Positions 1 to 8,438 of a DNA stretch of 14,749 nt are shown here, in pieces. The stretch is taken from the IMG/VR virus record IMGVR_UViG_3300042879_003909, positions 143,772 to 158,520 of that record, one strand, 5' to 3'. Numbering within the stretch: the stretch's first letter is position 1; every line of letters begins with the position of its first letter. The notes under the pieces were generated by a model. That model did no database searches. It worked only from the letters and a program-made list of their open reading frames with translations, and was not told the DNA's origin. The position numbers were made by a program, and so were the translations under genes. The stretch is from a virus (lineage: Duplodnaviria; Heunggongvirae; Uroviricota; Caudoviricetes).

Positions 1-112
1 AAACAATGTCTATCACTTGCCAACAACCAAGAAATACTAATATGATTAAAATAATGCAAATTAAATTTGCAATACAAAAATTGAAACATTCTTTGTCGGA
101 GCACGATTTCAT
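1..112 (-). CDS. small hydrophobic protein, runs off the left edge of the window
   Basis: Hand translation MKSCSDKECFNFCIANLICIILIILVFLGCWQVIDIV...; ATG at 112 overlaps the TGA of the 109-198 ORF (ATGA); one TM-like stretch. Confidence 0.4.
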   Translation of the reverse strand, partial: MKSCSDKECFNFCIANLICIILIILVFLGCWQVIDIV

Positions 113-198
113 ATAAAAAAATCCAATAATAATAAGGATAAAACCAAAGATGCTAAACAGAGAGCATAAGCTACAAGTTGATTTGTATTTAGATTCAT
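109..198 (-). CDS. 29-aa putative membrane peptide
   Basis: Hand translation MNLNTNQLVAYALCLASLVLSLLLLDFFI*; ATGA overlap with the next ORF; weak RBS. Confidence 0.45.
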   Translation of the reverse strand: MNLNTNQLVAYALCLASLVLSLLLLDFFI

Positions 199-213
199 GC
201 TATTTTCTTTAAA

Positions 214-278
214 GGGCTGGGCGGGATTTTACCCGCGAGTCTAGGCTTGTCACCCTGTCTAATACCGACTTCCAGCCA
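214..278 (-). pseudogene. degenerate tRNA-like element (possibly Val-GAC derived)
   Basis: GGCTGG/CCAGCC acceptor, GTC/GAC D-stem, AGG-GTGACAAG-CCT anticodon-like arm, GCGGG-TAAAAT-CCCGC T-arm with a 6-nt loop. Confidence 0.5.
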
Positions 279-280
279 AA

Positions 281-352
281 TAGGTCTGCCCAGAATTGAA
301 CTGAGACCAAATCCTTAGAAGAGATTTGTGCTATCCTTTACACCACAGACCC
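281..352 (-). tRNA. tRNA-Arg(TCT)
   Basis: Cloverleaf; acceptor GGGTCTG/CAGACCT; anticodon loop CTTCTAA; T-loop TTCAATT. Confidence 0.9.
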
Positions 353-356
353 GAAG

Positions 357-687
357 TGGAGGTAATGGCATTGAGCCATGTCCAGTATAAAAATCAAAAT
401 AAGTATCTACATTGATAGTAACTTGTTTTTGCACAAATTACAAAGCTACCAGAATTATCTGGGTCAAGTTAATTATAACTATTGATTCCTTATTGTCAAG
501 TAGAATCACACTTTATCCGATTATCGGAGTCATCACAATTTGGTAAAAAGGTTTGTGCAACCCCCGCTGCTAAGCAGCTAAAGCGAAAGTTTCGCCAGTT
601 ATCATATTAATCGATTTTTAAACTAGCCACTCGATTAACTAGTCAATGCAACCTAAATCTATTTTACCTGTCGATACTTTTACCCCC
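357..687 (-). ncRNA. ssrA: tmRNA, tag peptide (A)GETFALAA
   Basis: 5' GGGGGTAAAAGTATCGAC and 3' GAC-ATGG-CTCAATG-CCAT-TACCTCCA give a 7-bp acceptor with G3.U70; ATAACT-GGC resume context; tag ORF at 570-596 ends in ALAA-TAG. Confidence 0.9.
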
Positions 688-784
688 ATATTCTTCCGAC
701 TAAAACTATCGCTAGCATACCAATAAAGTATACAAATATCATTGATTCAATAATAAAACAAAATACTGATAAAAGTCTATTCAT
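680..784 (-). CDS. 34-aa putative single-pass membrane peptide
   Basis: Hand translation MNRLLSVFCFIIESMIFVYFIGMLAIVLVGRIWG*; ATGA overlap with the 781-1284 gene; stop overlaps the tmRNA 5' end. Confidence 0.55.
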   Translation of the reverse strand: MNRLLSVFCFIIESMIFVYFIGMLAIVLVGRIWG

Positions 785-1284
785 GTTATACACCAATTTG
801 GAGGATTTCTTTTTGTCCACTGAAACATGTTCTTGCCATTTTTATCGGTCTTCTTGTCTGATAAATAATAGGCCCGGTATGCTGCGACTGCATCTTTATG
901 CTTGTACTGTTCTGGCATAGCCTGAGCAAAAGGAGTTAGTTCATCACTAACCACTGGAGCATTATTAAAACACCAAACTAAAAAAGAATAACAAAAATGA
1001 TCTTTATCAAATCTAAACTTGCGTTCGTTGTATAAAGAAAAAGTATGAAGTAAAAGCCATTCGAAATTTTTGGCTGACTCTAAAACCCATTTAGAGCAAG
1101 GATGATGTAGATAAGAATGTTTGCGAGGGGTGCCATTTGCAGTTAAAGGCGCTTCTTTTAATTTATCTAGCGAGAAGCGATTAGCAAGCATTTGGCACCC
1201 TTCGACAACCATTTTGTTAACATGAATATCTATGAGAGACTGTGCCGCAACTTCTGGATCATAATCTACAACAAAGATGTTCAT
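781..1284 (-). CDS. pyrimidine dimer DNA glycosylase/endonuclease V-like protein
   Basis: MNIFVVD..P..AAQ...D.HV.KM..E..QML N-terminus, HHPC.KW and PFAQAMPEQYK...V.AYR.YY motifs typical of this phage family. Confidence 0.75.
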   Translation of the reverse strand: MNIFVVDYDPEVAAQSLIDIHVNKMVVEGCQMLANRFSLDKLKEAPLTANGTPRKHSYLHHPCSKWVLESAKNFEWLLLHTFSLYNERKFRFDKDHFCYSFLVWCFNNAPVVSDELTPFAQAMPEQYKHKDAVAAYRAYYLSDKKTDKNGKNMFQWTKRNPPNWCIT

Positions 1285-1322
1285 ATTTTATTCCTTATTC
1301 TGCATTATCGCAATAACAATAA

Positions 1323-2204
<882 letters not shown>

Positions 2205-2232
2205 AAATTTAAACTACAAACACCACGAATAC

Positions 2233-2260
2233 ATTATAACAATACTACTAGAGATATCAA
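2233..2260 (-). promoter_or_regulatory. sigma70-like promoter upstream of rIIB
   Basis: TTGATA-N16-TATAAT with TGn extension. Confidence 0.6.
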
Positions 2261-4173
2261 GATGCAAACTGAATATATTTTGCTAATTCTGAAATTATTT
2301 TATCAGAACAGCAACTACCATCATTAACAAATGTCAACAATGGATACTTTTCTAGAATTTTTTCTTCTAAAGTATCAATAGGATTTGTCGTAACAGTGAC
2401 ATTTGTATCATACAATTCAATAAACTTAATAGCATCTTTATTAACAGTTTTGCATAGCTCAACACTTTTAACAAAATCTTTAAACTCTGTAAAAGCATCA
2501 GGTAATACATTAGCAAGCCTACAGATTAGCCCGCTTCTTTCAGAAGAATTTTGGTCTCGTATAGGGTTTGCTTTCTTCAAATCTTCAATCATGCTTTTTA
2601 GATACTGATCAAGGCTAATCCAGCTTTTGTCGTTCAAGAATTCTTTTGAGTGTGCGAACTTAGATTTTATTCCAAATAGTTCAGTACCACTCATAAAGCT
2701 ACTTGTCATTAATTTTCTTAATCTATAAAAATTATTGTTAAATTGTCCACTGCTAACAATATCATTATTAAAAATTTCTACATAAATCTTTTGTTTAGCA
2801 GGAATACTTGTTGCACTGCATTCAATCCAAGCTGTTTTTTTGATTGAAGAGTTATTATATCTATAAACATATCCTTTCTTTACAGTCGCAGTAGTATTAC
2901 TGCGTTCTACTTTTGGTAAAGATGATGGATCACTAATAAACTGTGGCTCAATTCCTGCCTCCTTGATCTGATCTTCTGTAAAAACAGCAACTCTAGAATT
3001 AGTATCACGAACAAGATTTTTAATACGAGCAGAACAACCTTTAACATATTTAAATAGTTGCGAGTTTAAATTCAGGTGTGATGTATTAGTAGTCTGATAA
3101 CTAGATACACGACCTCTCGACGACTCATAAATTGTAAAAGAAGTCTTTGTATTCTTGAGAGAATATTTATCAGAAAGTTTGTCAATATAGGCATGACCAA
3201 ACATGTACCTAATACAATAGCCCTTTAGAATATTTTGTAATGCTAAAGCCTTCTCAAAATTTGTTGTTTTTGATTCAATGATATCTTCTACGTAAGATTT
3301 CATATTGTTTTTAATTAGTGCAATTTTTTCTTTAAGAGCGGCAATAGTCTTCTTGTCCATAGACAAATTTTCTCGCCCGGGATCAAAACTAAGCTCTCCA
3401 ATATTAAAGTAAAGATTAAAATCAATATCTAATCCTTCGCAATACTGGTGAGGAATAGTGTATGCAACATTTCCCATGACTGCATGCTGATAACCACTAA
3501 TGAAGTTTGCTTTAAACTCCGGCGTATCAATAGTATATTTCTTTTTATTATTTAATTTTTCTACTACGCTTGGAATATTGATATTAGGTAGTTTATTAAA
3601 AAAAGAATAAACATATTCCGCTTCTTCGCGGAAACTATCTATAGAGTTATTCTCAACATCTACGCTAATATTTAATCCGTTTGGTTCGTCCGTAGCTACT
3701 TCAGAAAGTAGGGCGATCTGAGGCTCACCATCTTCAGACTTATAGCAGCTATAGCTACGCTTAAAACCATTGTGATAGCTAACAACAGTAAAACTATCAA
3801 CTAAGCAAAAAGGAGATTTAGACCCAAGACCTAATGCTCCAATATAATCATTGGAATTAGTCTTTGTGCTATAGAAATATGTAGTAAATACTTCTCTGAT
3901 ATCTTGGTCAGACAGACCGATACCATAATCACGCACCGAGAACCAAGGTTCAATATGGGTAGGAAGATGAACATCGAATAGAGCATCATTGCCCGCTGCA
4001 ATATGTGCATCGTGTGCGTTGCAGCTAATCTCACGAATAACGGCCCGGATTTTATGGGTATAAATATTTGAACTAAGAATTTCGAAAGCCTTAGAGCTTG
4101 CCTGAATTTTAAAACCGCTGTTCTTGATAGAACCAGACACAATAACATCGCTCTTTGAATCGCCAATAATCAT
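2257..4173 (-). CDS. rIIA: rIIA-like protein with N-terminal GHKL/HATPase domain
   Basis: F.IQASSKAF.ILS..IY..KIRAV.RE.SCNA.DAH, VRDYGIG and IGALGLGSKSPF motifs; paired with rIIB; GAGG RBS. Confidence 0.85.
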   Translation of the reverse strand: MIIGDSKSDVIVSGSIKNSGFKIQASSKAFEILSSNIYTHKIRAVIREISCNAHDAHIAAGNDALFDVHLPTHIEPWFSVRDYGIGLSDQDIREVFTTYFYSTKTNSNDYIGALGLGSKSPFCLVDSFTVVSYHNGFKRSYSCYKSEDGEPQIALLSEVATDEPNGLNISVDVENNSIDSFREEAEYVYSFFNKLPNINIPSVVEKLNNKKKYTIDTPEFKANFISGYQHAVMGNVAYTIPHQYCEGLDIDFNLYFNIGELSFDPGRENLSMDKKTIAALKEKIALIKNNMKSYVEDIIESKTTNFEKALALQNILKGYCIRYMFGHAYIDKLSDKYSLKNTKTSFTIYESSRGRVSSYQTTNTSHLNLNSQLFKYVKGCSARIKNLVRDTNSRVAVFTEDQIKEAGIEPQFISDPSSLPKVERSNTTATVKKGYVYRYNNSSIKKTAWIECSATSIPAKQKIYVEIFNNDIVSSGQFNNNFYRLRKLMTSSFMSGTELFGIKSKFAHSKEFLNDKSWISLDQYLKSMIEDLKKANPIRDQNSSERSGLICRLANVLPDAFTEFKDFVKSVELCKTVNKDAIKFIELYDTNVTVTTNPIDTLEEKILEKYPLLTFVNDGSCCSDKIISELAKYIQFAS

Positions 4174-4214
4174 TTCTTTTACCTCAATAAGTCAAAAGTA
4201 AATACAACAACAAT

Positions 4215-4242
4215 AGTATAACTAGAAAGTTTCAGAAGTCAA
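4215..4242 (-). promoter_or_regulatory. sigma70-like promoter upstream of rIIA
   Basis: TTGACT-N16-TATACT overlapping the end of the HD gene. Confidence 0.55.
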
Positions 4243-4734
4243 GATGTCAAAAGCTTGTAAAAATTCTTCTTTTGCGTTTTTTGAAAAAAATAACTTTTCA
4301 GAAGATTTTGTTCCCCACAAAACTTTTTTCTCAACTTTGAGAATCTTTCTGTCGTACTTCTTGATTATAGCATTATGTACTTGGAAGTCAAGGTTAAATT
4401 TTTTTTCTATTACAGAATTCATTCTAGATTCTATATCCAAGTATTCTTTCAGGTGTTTTTTTAGAGGAGATACAATATCACCTAAATAAGCCTCGCTAGC
4501 ATCATGCATTAACAGTGCAAACAATACATCCCTGCCCGATATTCCATCAAACATAGCCATTTGAACCATGCCCAAGCTATGCTCTGCCACGCTATAGTCT
4601 TGCGGTGACTGAGCCCCAAAACGAGAAACTCTACTTAATCCATGAGCAATAGTTTGAATAGAAATCATTTCTTCAACAGGATTAATCAAATCAATTTTAC
4701 TACCATCGCACAAAGTAATACAGCTTTCGTTCAT
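4222..4734 (-). CDS. HD-domain phosphohydrolase, YfbR/5'-deoxynucleotidase-like
   Basis: IAHGLS...RF, YSVAEHS, LMHDASEAYLGDI..PLK motifs. Confidence 0.85.
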   Translation of the reverse strand: MNESCITLCDGSKIDLINPVEEMISIQTIAHGLSRVSRFGAQSPQDYSVAEHSLGMVQMAMFDGISGRDVLFALLMHDASEAYLGDIVSPLKKHLKEYLDIESRMNSVIEKKFNLDFQVHNAIIKKYDRKILKVEKKVLWGTKSSEKLFFSKNAKEEFLQAFDILTSETF

Positions 4735-5792
4735 TTTGCACCTAAATATTCATGAGAGTAACAAGTTCTAACGGCATCTATTTCTTTTCTTTTATCTTCT
4801 TTTCTAATTTTATCACCTTTTGGAATATATAAATAATCCTTTCTGGCTCGGCCATTTTTGCTAGTAGCTTTCCATAGTGGCGATCTATTTCTATACTCGC
4901 CCATTCTGGGGTGCGCGGTTTTAGAAAAATATCTATGTCCGCTATCAGTAAAAAGCTTTGCTATAAAATCAGAAAATCTAACGCCTATACCAAGCCCCTG
5001 ATAATCTGGCAATACTACTGTTCTATGTTCTCTCCAAGCATTTTTAACCGTACCACTAGGATAAGCTAAAGCAGAACCAAAAGCAATAGGTTTAGTGTCA
5101 TATAATCCCAAAAAACACCGGGCAGATTTATTTATTTTATCGTCTAAATAATGATGGTGCCTAAAAACTTCCCACCACTCGGTTGTGCAAGAGTAGATTT
5201 CGAGTTGTATTTCTGGTCTACTCCGAAGAGACCTCCTTGAAGTCAAAACTCCTGTTTGTGTGTCAAAAATCCAGTCTGGTTGTAGCCATTCAATAATATC
5301 GTAATGACAGGTAGAAAAAACTACACCTGAAATATTATTTTGTCTAATATATCTTTGTGTGGCATGACAACTACTTTTGGCCACAGTACGATCAATAACA
5401 CTGGTAAATTCATCTATTGATACATTGCTATCTAAAATTCTAGCAAGTCTTGCCCGGAATTGTTCTCCATTACTTAATACGTGAAAGGGTCTGCACCATG
5501 AAGGAACACTATTTAAACCAACAGCAGACAGTTTTTGTTGCTCTACTTGGCTAACAATAGCAAGTTCCGGATTCCAATCGGGATCATTTGTGATGCCATA
5601 ATAATGTTTTAATAGAGAGGTTTTACCGCTTCCGCTTGACCCTACAATGAGACCTATTGCCCAAGAATTATCTCTTTTAGGAGCATTAAAATCTGGCAGT
5701 TCAAATACGCTATTGCCGTTAAAATTATAATCAAATGGTTGAATAGCATTTATTAAATTTTCGTCTAGTTTAACAGAGGTATATAGTTTCAT
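4731..5792 (-). CDS. ABC-type ATPase fused to a C-terminal GNAT acetyltransferase
   Basis: Walker A GSSGSGKT, signature LSNGEQFR, Walker B IDEFTS, H-loop TCHYD; C-terminal R.VVLPDYQGLGIG acetyl-CoA motif; 4-bp overlap with the HD gene. Confidence 0.8.
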   Translation of the reverse strand: MKLYTSVKLDENLINAIQPFDYNFNGNSVFELPDFNAPKRDNSWAIGLIVGSSGSGKTSLLKHYYGITNDPDWNPELAIVSQVEQQKLSAVGLNSVPSWCRPFHVLSNGEQFRARLARILDSNVSIDEFTSVIDRTVAKSSCHATQRYIRQNNISGVVFSTCHYDIIEWLQPDWIFDTQTGVLTSRRSLRSRPEIQLEIYSCTTEWWEVFRHHHYLDDKINKSARCFLGLYDTKPIAFGSALAYPSGTVKNAWREHRTVVLPDYQGLGIGVRFSDFIAKLFTDSGHRYFSKTAHPRMGEYRNRSPLWKATSKNGRARKDYLYIPKGDKIRKEDKRKEIDAVRTCYSHEYLGAK

Positions 5793-5928
5793 GATTATGT
5801 TTCGTCAAAAATTCCAACCAAAGATATTCCCAGATTTGATTTCTGGTTTCTGTTCTTATTTGCCCCATGATTTTTGTAGAGACCTGTTTTCTATTTTGAT
5901 AGCCTACTTGACTTCTAACTGTTTTCAT
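5770..5928 (-). CDS. 52-aa degenerate Q-tetrad micro-ORF
   Basis: Hand translation MKTVRSQVGYQNRKQVSTKIMGQIRTETRNQIWEYLWLEFLTKHNHETIYLC*; overlaps both neighbours; N-terminus matches the QVxx family. Confidence 0.55.
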   Translation of the reverse strand: MKTVRSQVGYQNRKQVSTKIMGQIRTETRNQIWEYLWLEFLTKHNHETIYLC

Positions 5929-6094
5929 TTTCGTCTTTAAACTGATCCCAGACTTGGTCCCCGACTTGGTCCCCGACTTGGCTCCAGACTTGGTTCCTGA
6001 CTTGGCTCTCGACTTGGTTACTGACTTGGTTCCAGACTTGTTTCGTGGTTTGGTTCCAGACTTGGCTCCTGACTTGGATCTTAACAGTTTTCAT
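5915..6094 (-). CDS. 59-aa QVxx tetrad-repeat protein
   Basis: MKTVKIQVRSQVWNQ...QVWDQFKDENENS; true start is most likely ATG 6094 (ATGA overlap), not the GTG at 6151 used by the ORF track. Confidence 0.75.
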   Translation of the reverse strand: MKTVKIQVRSQVWNQTTKQVWNQVSNQVESQVRNQVWSQVGDQVGDQVWDQFKDENENS

Positions 6095-6155
6095 TTCTTG
6101 CTCCTGACTTGGTTCCCGACTTGGTCCCAGACTTGGTCCCCGACTTGGCACCTGA
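5945..6155. repeat. 12-bp tandem repeat tract (GACTTG-N6 on + strand)
   Basis: Units such as GACTTGGTCCCC, GACTTGGCTCCA, GACTTGGTTCCT. Confidence 0.95.
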
Positions 6156-6177
6156 TTTCATATTGAATCGGCTTCAT
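6091..6177 (-). CDS. 28-aa QVxx tetrad-repeat peptide
   Basis: Hand translation [28 protein letters not shown]; same SKK-ATGA junction as in the right-hand array. Confidence 0.55.
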   Translation of the reverse strand: MKPIQYEIRCQVGDQVWDQVGNQVRSKK

Positions 6178-6190
6178 TATACACCCGCAT

Positions 6191-6226
6191 AAAAAAAGGT
6201 ACAGTATATTTTACTATACTGTACCT
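6191..6226 (-). terminator. Rho-independent terminator after the DUF6745-like operon
   Basis: Perfect 12-bp inverted repeat AGGTACAGTATA/TATACTGTACCT (6197-6226), followed on the minus strand by a T run. Confidence 0.75.
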
Positions 6227-6236
6227 AATTTGTCAA
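6208..6236 (-). promoter_or_regulatory. sigma70-like promoter embedded in the terminator hairpin
   Basis: TTGACA-N17-TAAAAT; the -10 lies in the hairpin loop. Confidence 0.65.
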
Positions 6237-6250
6237 GTAGTAATTAAAAA

Positions 6251-6715
6251 TTAGTCGCGGGCTCGGCGTTCTCGCTCTAGTTCCTTATCATACTCACGCT
6301 GATAGGTGCATTCGATGATAAACCCAGCAGGAACAGTAACGTCTCCATGAGTTGGGTGTAGTACCGTTGTTTCAGAATTACAAACCAGTACTGGACCCTT
6401 CAAGGACTCTTCATTCCAAACTGGTGGTAAATAAACATCTACACCATTTAAAGATTTAAGACAGTGCTTTGCTCCCTCGGTATTACCAACAACAAGCTGG
6501 CGATTAACCTCGGAAAGCTTTTCTACTTTCTTGTAATCCTTTGGAACAGATGCGACAACAGTTAGTGCCAAGTCGCCCTGCCAGATACGATCACGCACAG
6601 TTGATGCCTCAGTAAAACGCACTGGGGTACCGGGCTTAACTGCTTCTTCGTTGTTAAGAACACGCTTCACAAAACTCTGGATTTCTTCAATTGCATTAAT
6701 AATTGCATTAATCAT
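6251..6715 (-). CDS. conserved hypothetical protein (QGD...H...QREY motif), usual neighbour of DUF6745-like genes
   Basis: WQGDL, G.TEG.KH, L.HPTHG.V..P.G and QREY....R..RD motifs; AAGAGG RBS; pairing recalled from other genomes, not searched. Confidence 0.75.
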   Translation of the reverse strand: MINAIINAIEEIQSFVKRVLNNEEAVKPGTPVRFTEASTVRDRIWQGDLALTVVASVPKDYKKVEKLSEVNRQLVVGNTEGAKHCLKSLNGVDVYLPPVWNEESLKGPVLVCNSETTVLHPTHGDVTVPAGFIIECTYQREYDKELERERRARD

Positions 6716-6727
6716 AATAACCTCTTA

Positions 6728-7618
6728 CTAAGTACGAGCCAAAACATTAAACTTTTCACCACCACCTAGCCAAACTTGAGCGTCTTCACATGTTTCAATG
6801 CTATCAGGAACGCCCAGAACAAACATTCTACCCGTTGGACAAGTTACAACAAGCCGATTGCCATAGTTTTCAGTATTATACAGTGCCTCTTTAGTATTTT
6901 CAATATCGTTATGACGATAATCTAAACATTTTGCACCGGATTCCTGTAGATATCTCGCCCAACCAAAACGATTAATCATAATGGCCCGGGCTTCATTATT
7001 GTTGGTAGCATTAATTTCCTCTACCGTCAACGTCTCTGGAGCCATAACAGTCTTTTCATTTAGTCTTACACCATCAATAGCCCAAACCTTGTATCCATCA
7101 CGATATGCAACGGCTGGACCATTTTCATTATGTAAACGAAATTGATCGTCTAAGTGAATCTCTGAATGCTTGTGCTGAAAAATAACACAGGTATCATAAG
7201 GAGCCCACCAGCCAACATTCTTGGCAATACCAATTAGTCCTTCTAGCTTGCGGCATTCTTCAACACCTAGCTCATTAAGAACATAATCATAATATCCTAG
7301 CCAGCCAGCTTCATGACTACCAAAAGTTTGATTATTTAATTCATCATAAACAGCAGAGCGATATCTCTCAGTATCCGACTCATTGACTTCTCCCTTGAGT
7401 TTAACCGCTAGCTTTGCAGCAGCAATCGGACTATCGGCTAAATAAAAGTTTTCTGGACAAACTAAACCAGCAGCTTCGTATGCAAGCCGGGCATACTTCT
7501 TGGCTTCTTCTAGGTTACACTCTCCGCAGTCAAGGCCAATATCGATCCACTTCTGCCGATACTTTGGCAACAATGCTTCTTGTTCTGGCGTTAGCTTGTC
7601 GATAGTCTTCTTACTCAT
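6728..7618 (-). CDS. DUF6745-like protein without an internal tetrad repeat
   Basis: LTPEQEA.LP.YR.KW..IG, DSP, GSHEAGWL.YYD, GWW.PY and RLHNENGPAV.YRDG..VW..DGV motifs. Confidence 0.8.
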   Translation of the reverse strand: MSKKTIDKLTPEQEALLPKYRQKWIDIGLDCGECNLEEAKKYARLAYEAAGLVCPENFYLADSPIAAAKLAVKLKGEVNESDTERYRSAVYDELNNQTFGSHEAGWLGYYDYVLNELGVEECRKLEGLIGIAKNVGWWAPYDTCVIFQHKHSEIHLDDQFRLHNENGPAVAYRDGYKVWAIDGVRLNEKTVMAPETLTVEEINATNNNEARAIMINRFGWARYLQESGAKCLDYRHNDIENTKEALYNTENYGNRLVVTCPTGRMFVLGVPDSIETCEDAQVWLGGGEKFNVLART

Positions 7619-7671
7619 AAAACAAATCCTCTCAATAAAGTCTCAAAAAAAACATAACCAACTACATGCTC

Positions 7672-7699
7672 ATTATACAATCTATTTATCGACTGTCAA
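7672..7699 (-). promoter_or_regulatory. consensus sigma70-like promoter for the DUF6745-like operon
   Basis: TTGACA-N16-TATAAT. Confidence 0.75.
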
Positions 7700-8125
7700 C
7701 CTCTTTTTTACAAATTCTTTCACTAAGATAGAAAAAGATTCTTCAAAAACAATATTGCCCGGTATTCTGGTGCAGGCAAACATCTCGGCCATTTCTTCAT
7801 TGGTATAATGACTAAGATTCTTTCCAGTTCCGCTATAAGCAATTAAAAATTCTTTATCCTTGTGCTGTTCTGCGTAAAAATAAAGGTCTTTAATCTGACG
7901 CATTATTTCTGCTCTAGACACACTAGGATGCTTTTCTGCATTTAAATCTTTAGTGCAAATAGCATACGATTGACCTTGAGGCCCCCTGCCCTGATTCCAT
8001 TTAGCTCCAAAAAACTTGAAGGCATAAGCAGCAGCACCAGCCCCATGAAAACCATCTACATTTGAACCAAAAACAAATACTTGATTCTTGTCTAGCTTTT
8101 CTATTATTCCAGTATATGTTTTCAT
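7682..8125 (-). CDS. A1S_2505-family phage protein (macro-domain-like)
   Basis: VFVFGSN..G.HGAGAA..A...FGA.W..G.G..GQSYAI.T motif; GAGG RBS. Confidence 0.75.
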   Translation of the reverse strand: MKTYTGIIEKLDKNQVFVFGSNVDGFHGAGAAAYAFKFFGAKWNQGRGPQGQSYAICTKDLNAEKHPSVSRAEIMRQIKDLYFYAEQHKDKEFLIAYSGTGKNLSHYTNEEMAEMFACTRIPGNIVFEESFSILVKEFVKKRLTVDK

Positions 8126-8134
8126 TTTTACCTC

Positions 8135-8160
8135 AAAAAACAGGGGCCTTTCAGCCCCTA
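8135..8160 (-). terminator. Rho-independent terminator ending the tRNA array
   Basis: AGGGGC-TGAAAG-GCCCCT-G-TTTTTT. Confidence 0.7.
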
Positions 8161-8199
8161 TTTAACATCGATGTAACTTTTGTCTACTCCACCAAAAAG

Positions 8200-8271
8200 A
8201 GGCCGATGGGGAACTCGAATCCCCTTAACTTATTTACGAAATAAGCGTTTTACCATATAAACTAAAAGGCC
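8200..8271 (-). tRNA. tRNA-Thr(CGT)
   Basis: Anticodon arm CTTAT-TTCGTAA-ATAAG; T-arm GGGGA-TTCGAGT-TCCCC; two acceptor mismatches. Confidence 0.85.
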
Positions 8272-8274
8272 AAG

Positions 8275-8303
8275 TTGGAGCGGGCGGAATCGAACCACCT
8301 ACC
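8275..8303 (-). pseudogene. tRNA 3' remnant (T-arm plus acceptor 3' strand)
   Basis: GGTA-GGTGG-TTCGATT-CCGCC-CGCTCCAA with no 5' half. Confidence 0.75.
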
Positions 8304-8306
8304 ACT

Positions 8307-8335
8307 ATTATAACAAGTATCTAGATAATTGTCAA
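8307..8335 (-). promoter_or_regulatory. consensus sigma70-like promoter
   Basis: TTGACA-N17-TATAAT with TGn extended -10. Confidence 0.8.
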
Positions 8336-8354
8336 GCTGATTATTTATTTTTAG

Positions 8355-8425
8355 TGCGAGTAGTCAGAATCGAACTGACGCATTTTCGTTGGCAACGAAA
8401 TATACTACCATTATATTATACCCGC
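8355..8425 (-). tRNA. tRNA-Gly(GCC)
   Basis: TTTCG-TTGCCAA-CGAAA; T-arm GTCAG-TTCGATT-CTGAC. Confidence 0.92.
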
Positions 8426-8438
8426 ATGTTTTGTTAAG

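Noticed and set aside
494-499. TTGACA inside the tmRNA as a promoter (also 11832-11837 inside a small CDS)
   Set aside because: The first has no convincing -10; the second (17-bp spacer, TAGAAT) is plausible but lies inside a coding region with no further support
4731-5792. ABC transporter
   Set aside because: No permease or binding-protein gene nearby, and the C-terminal half is a GNAT fold
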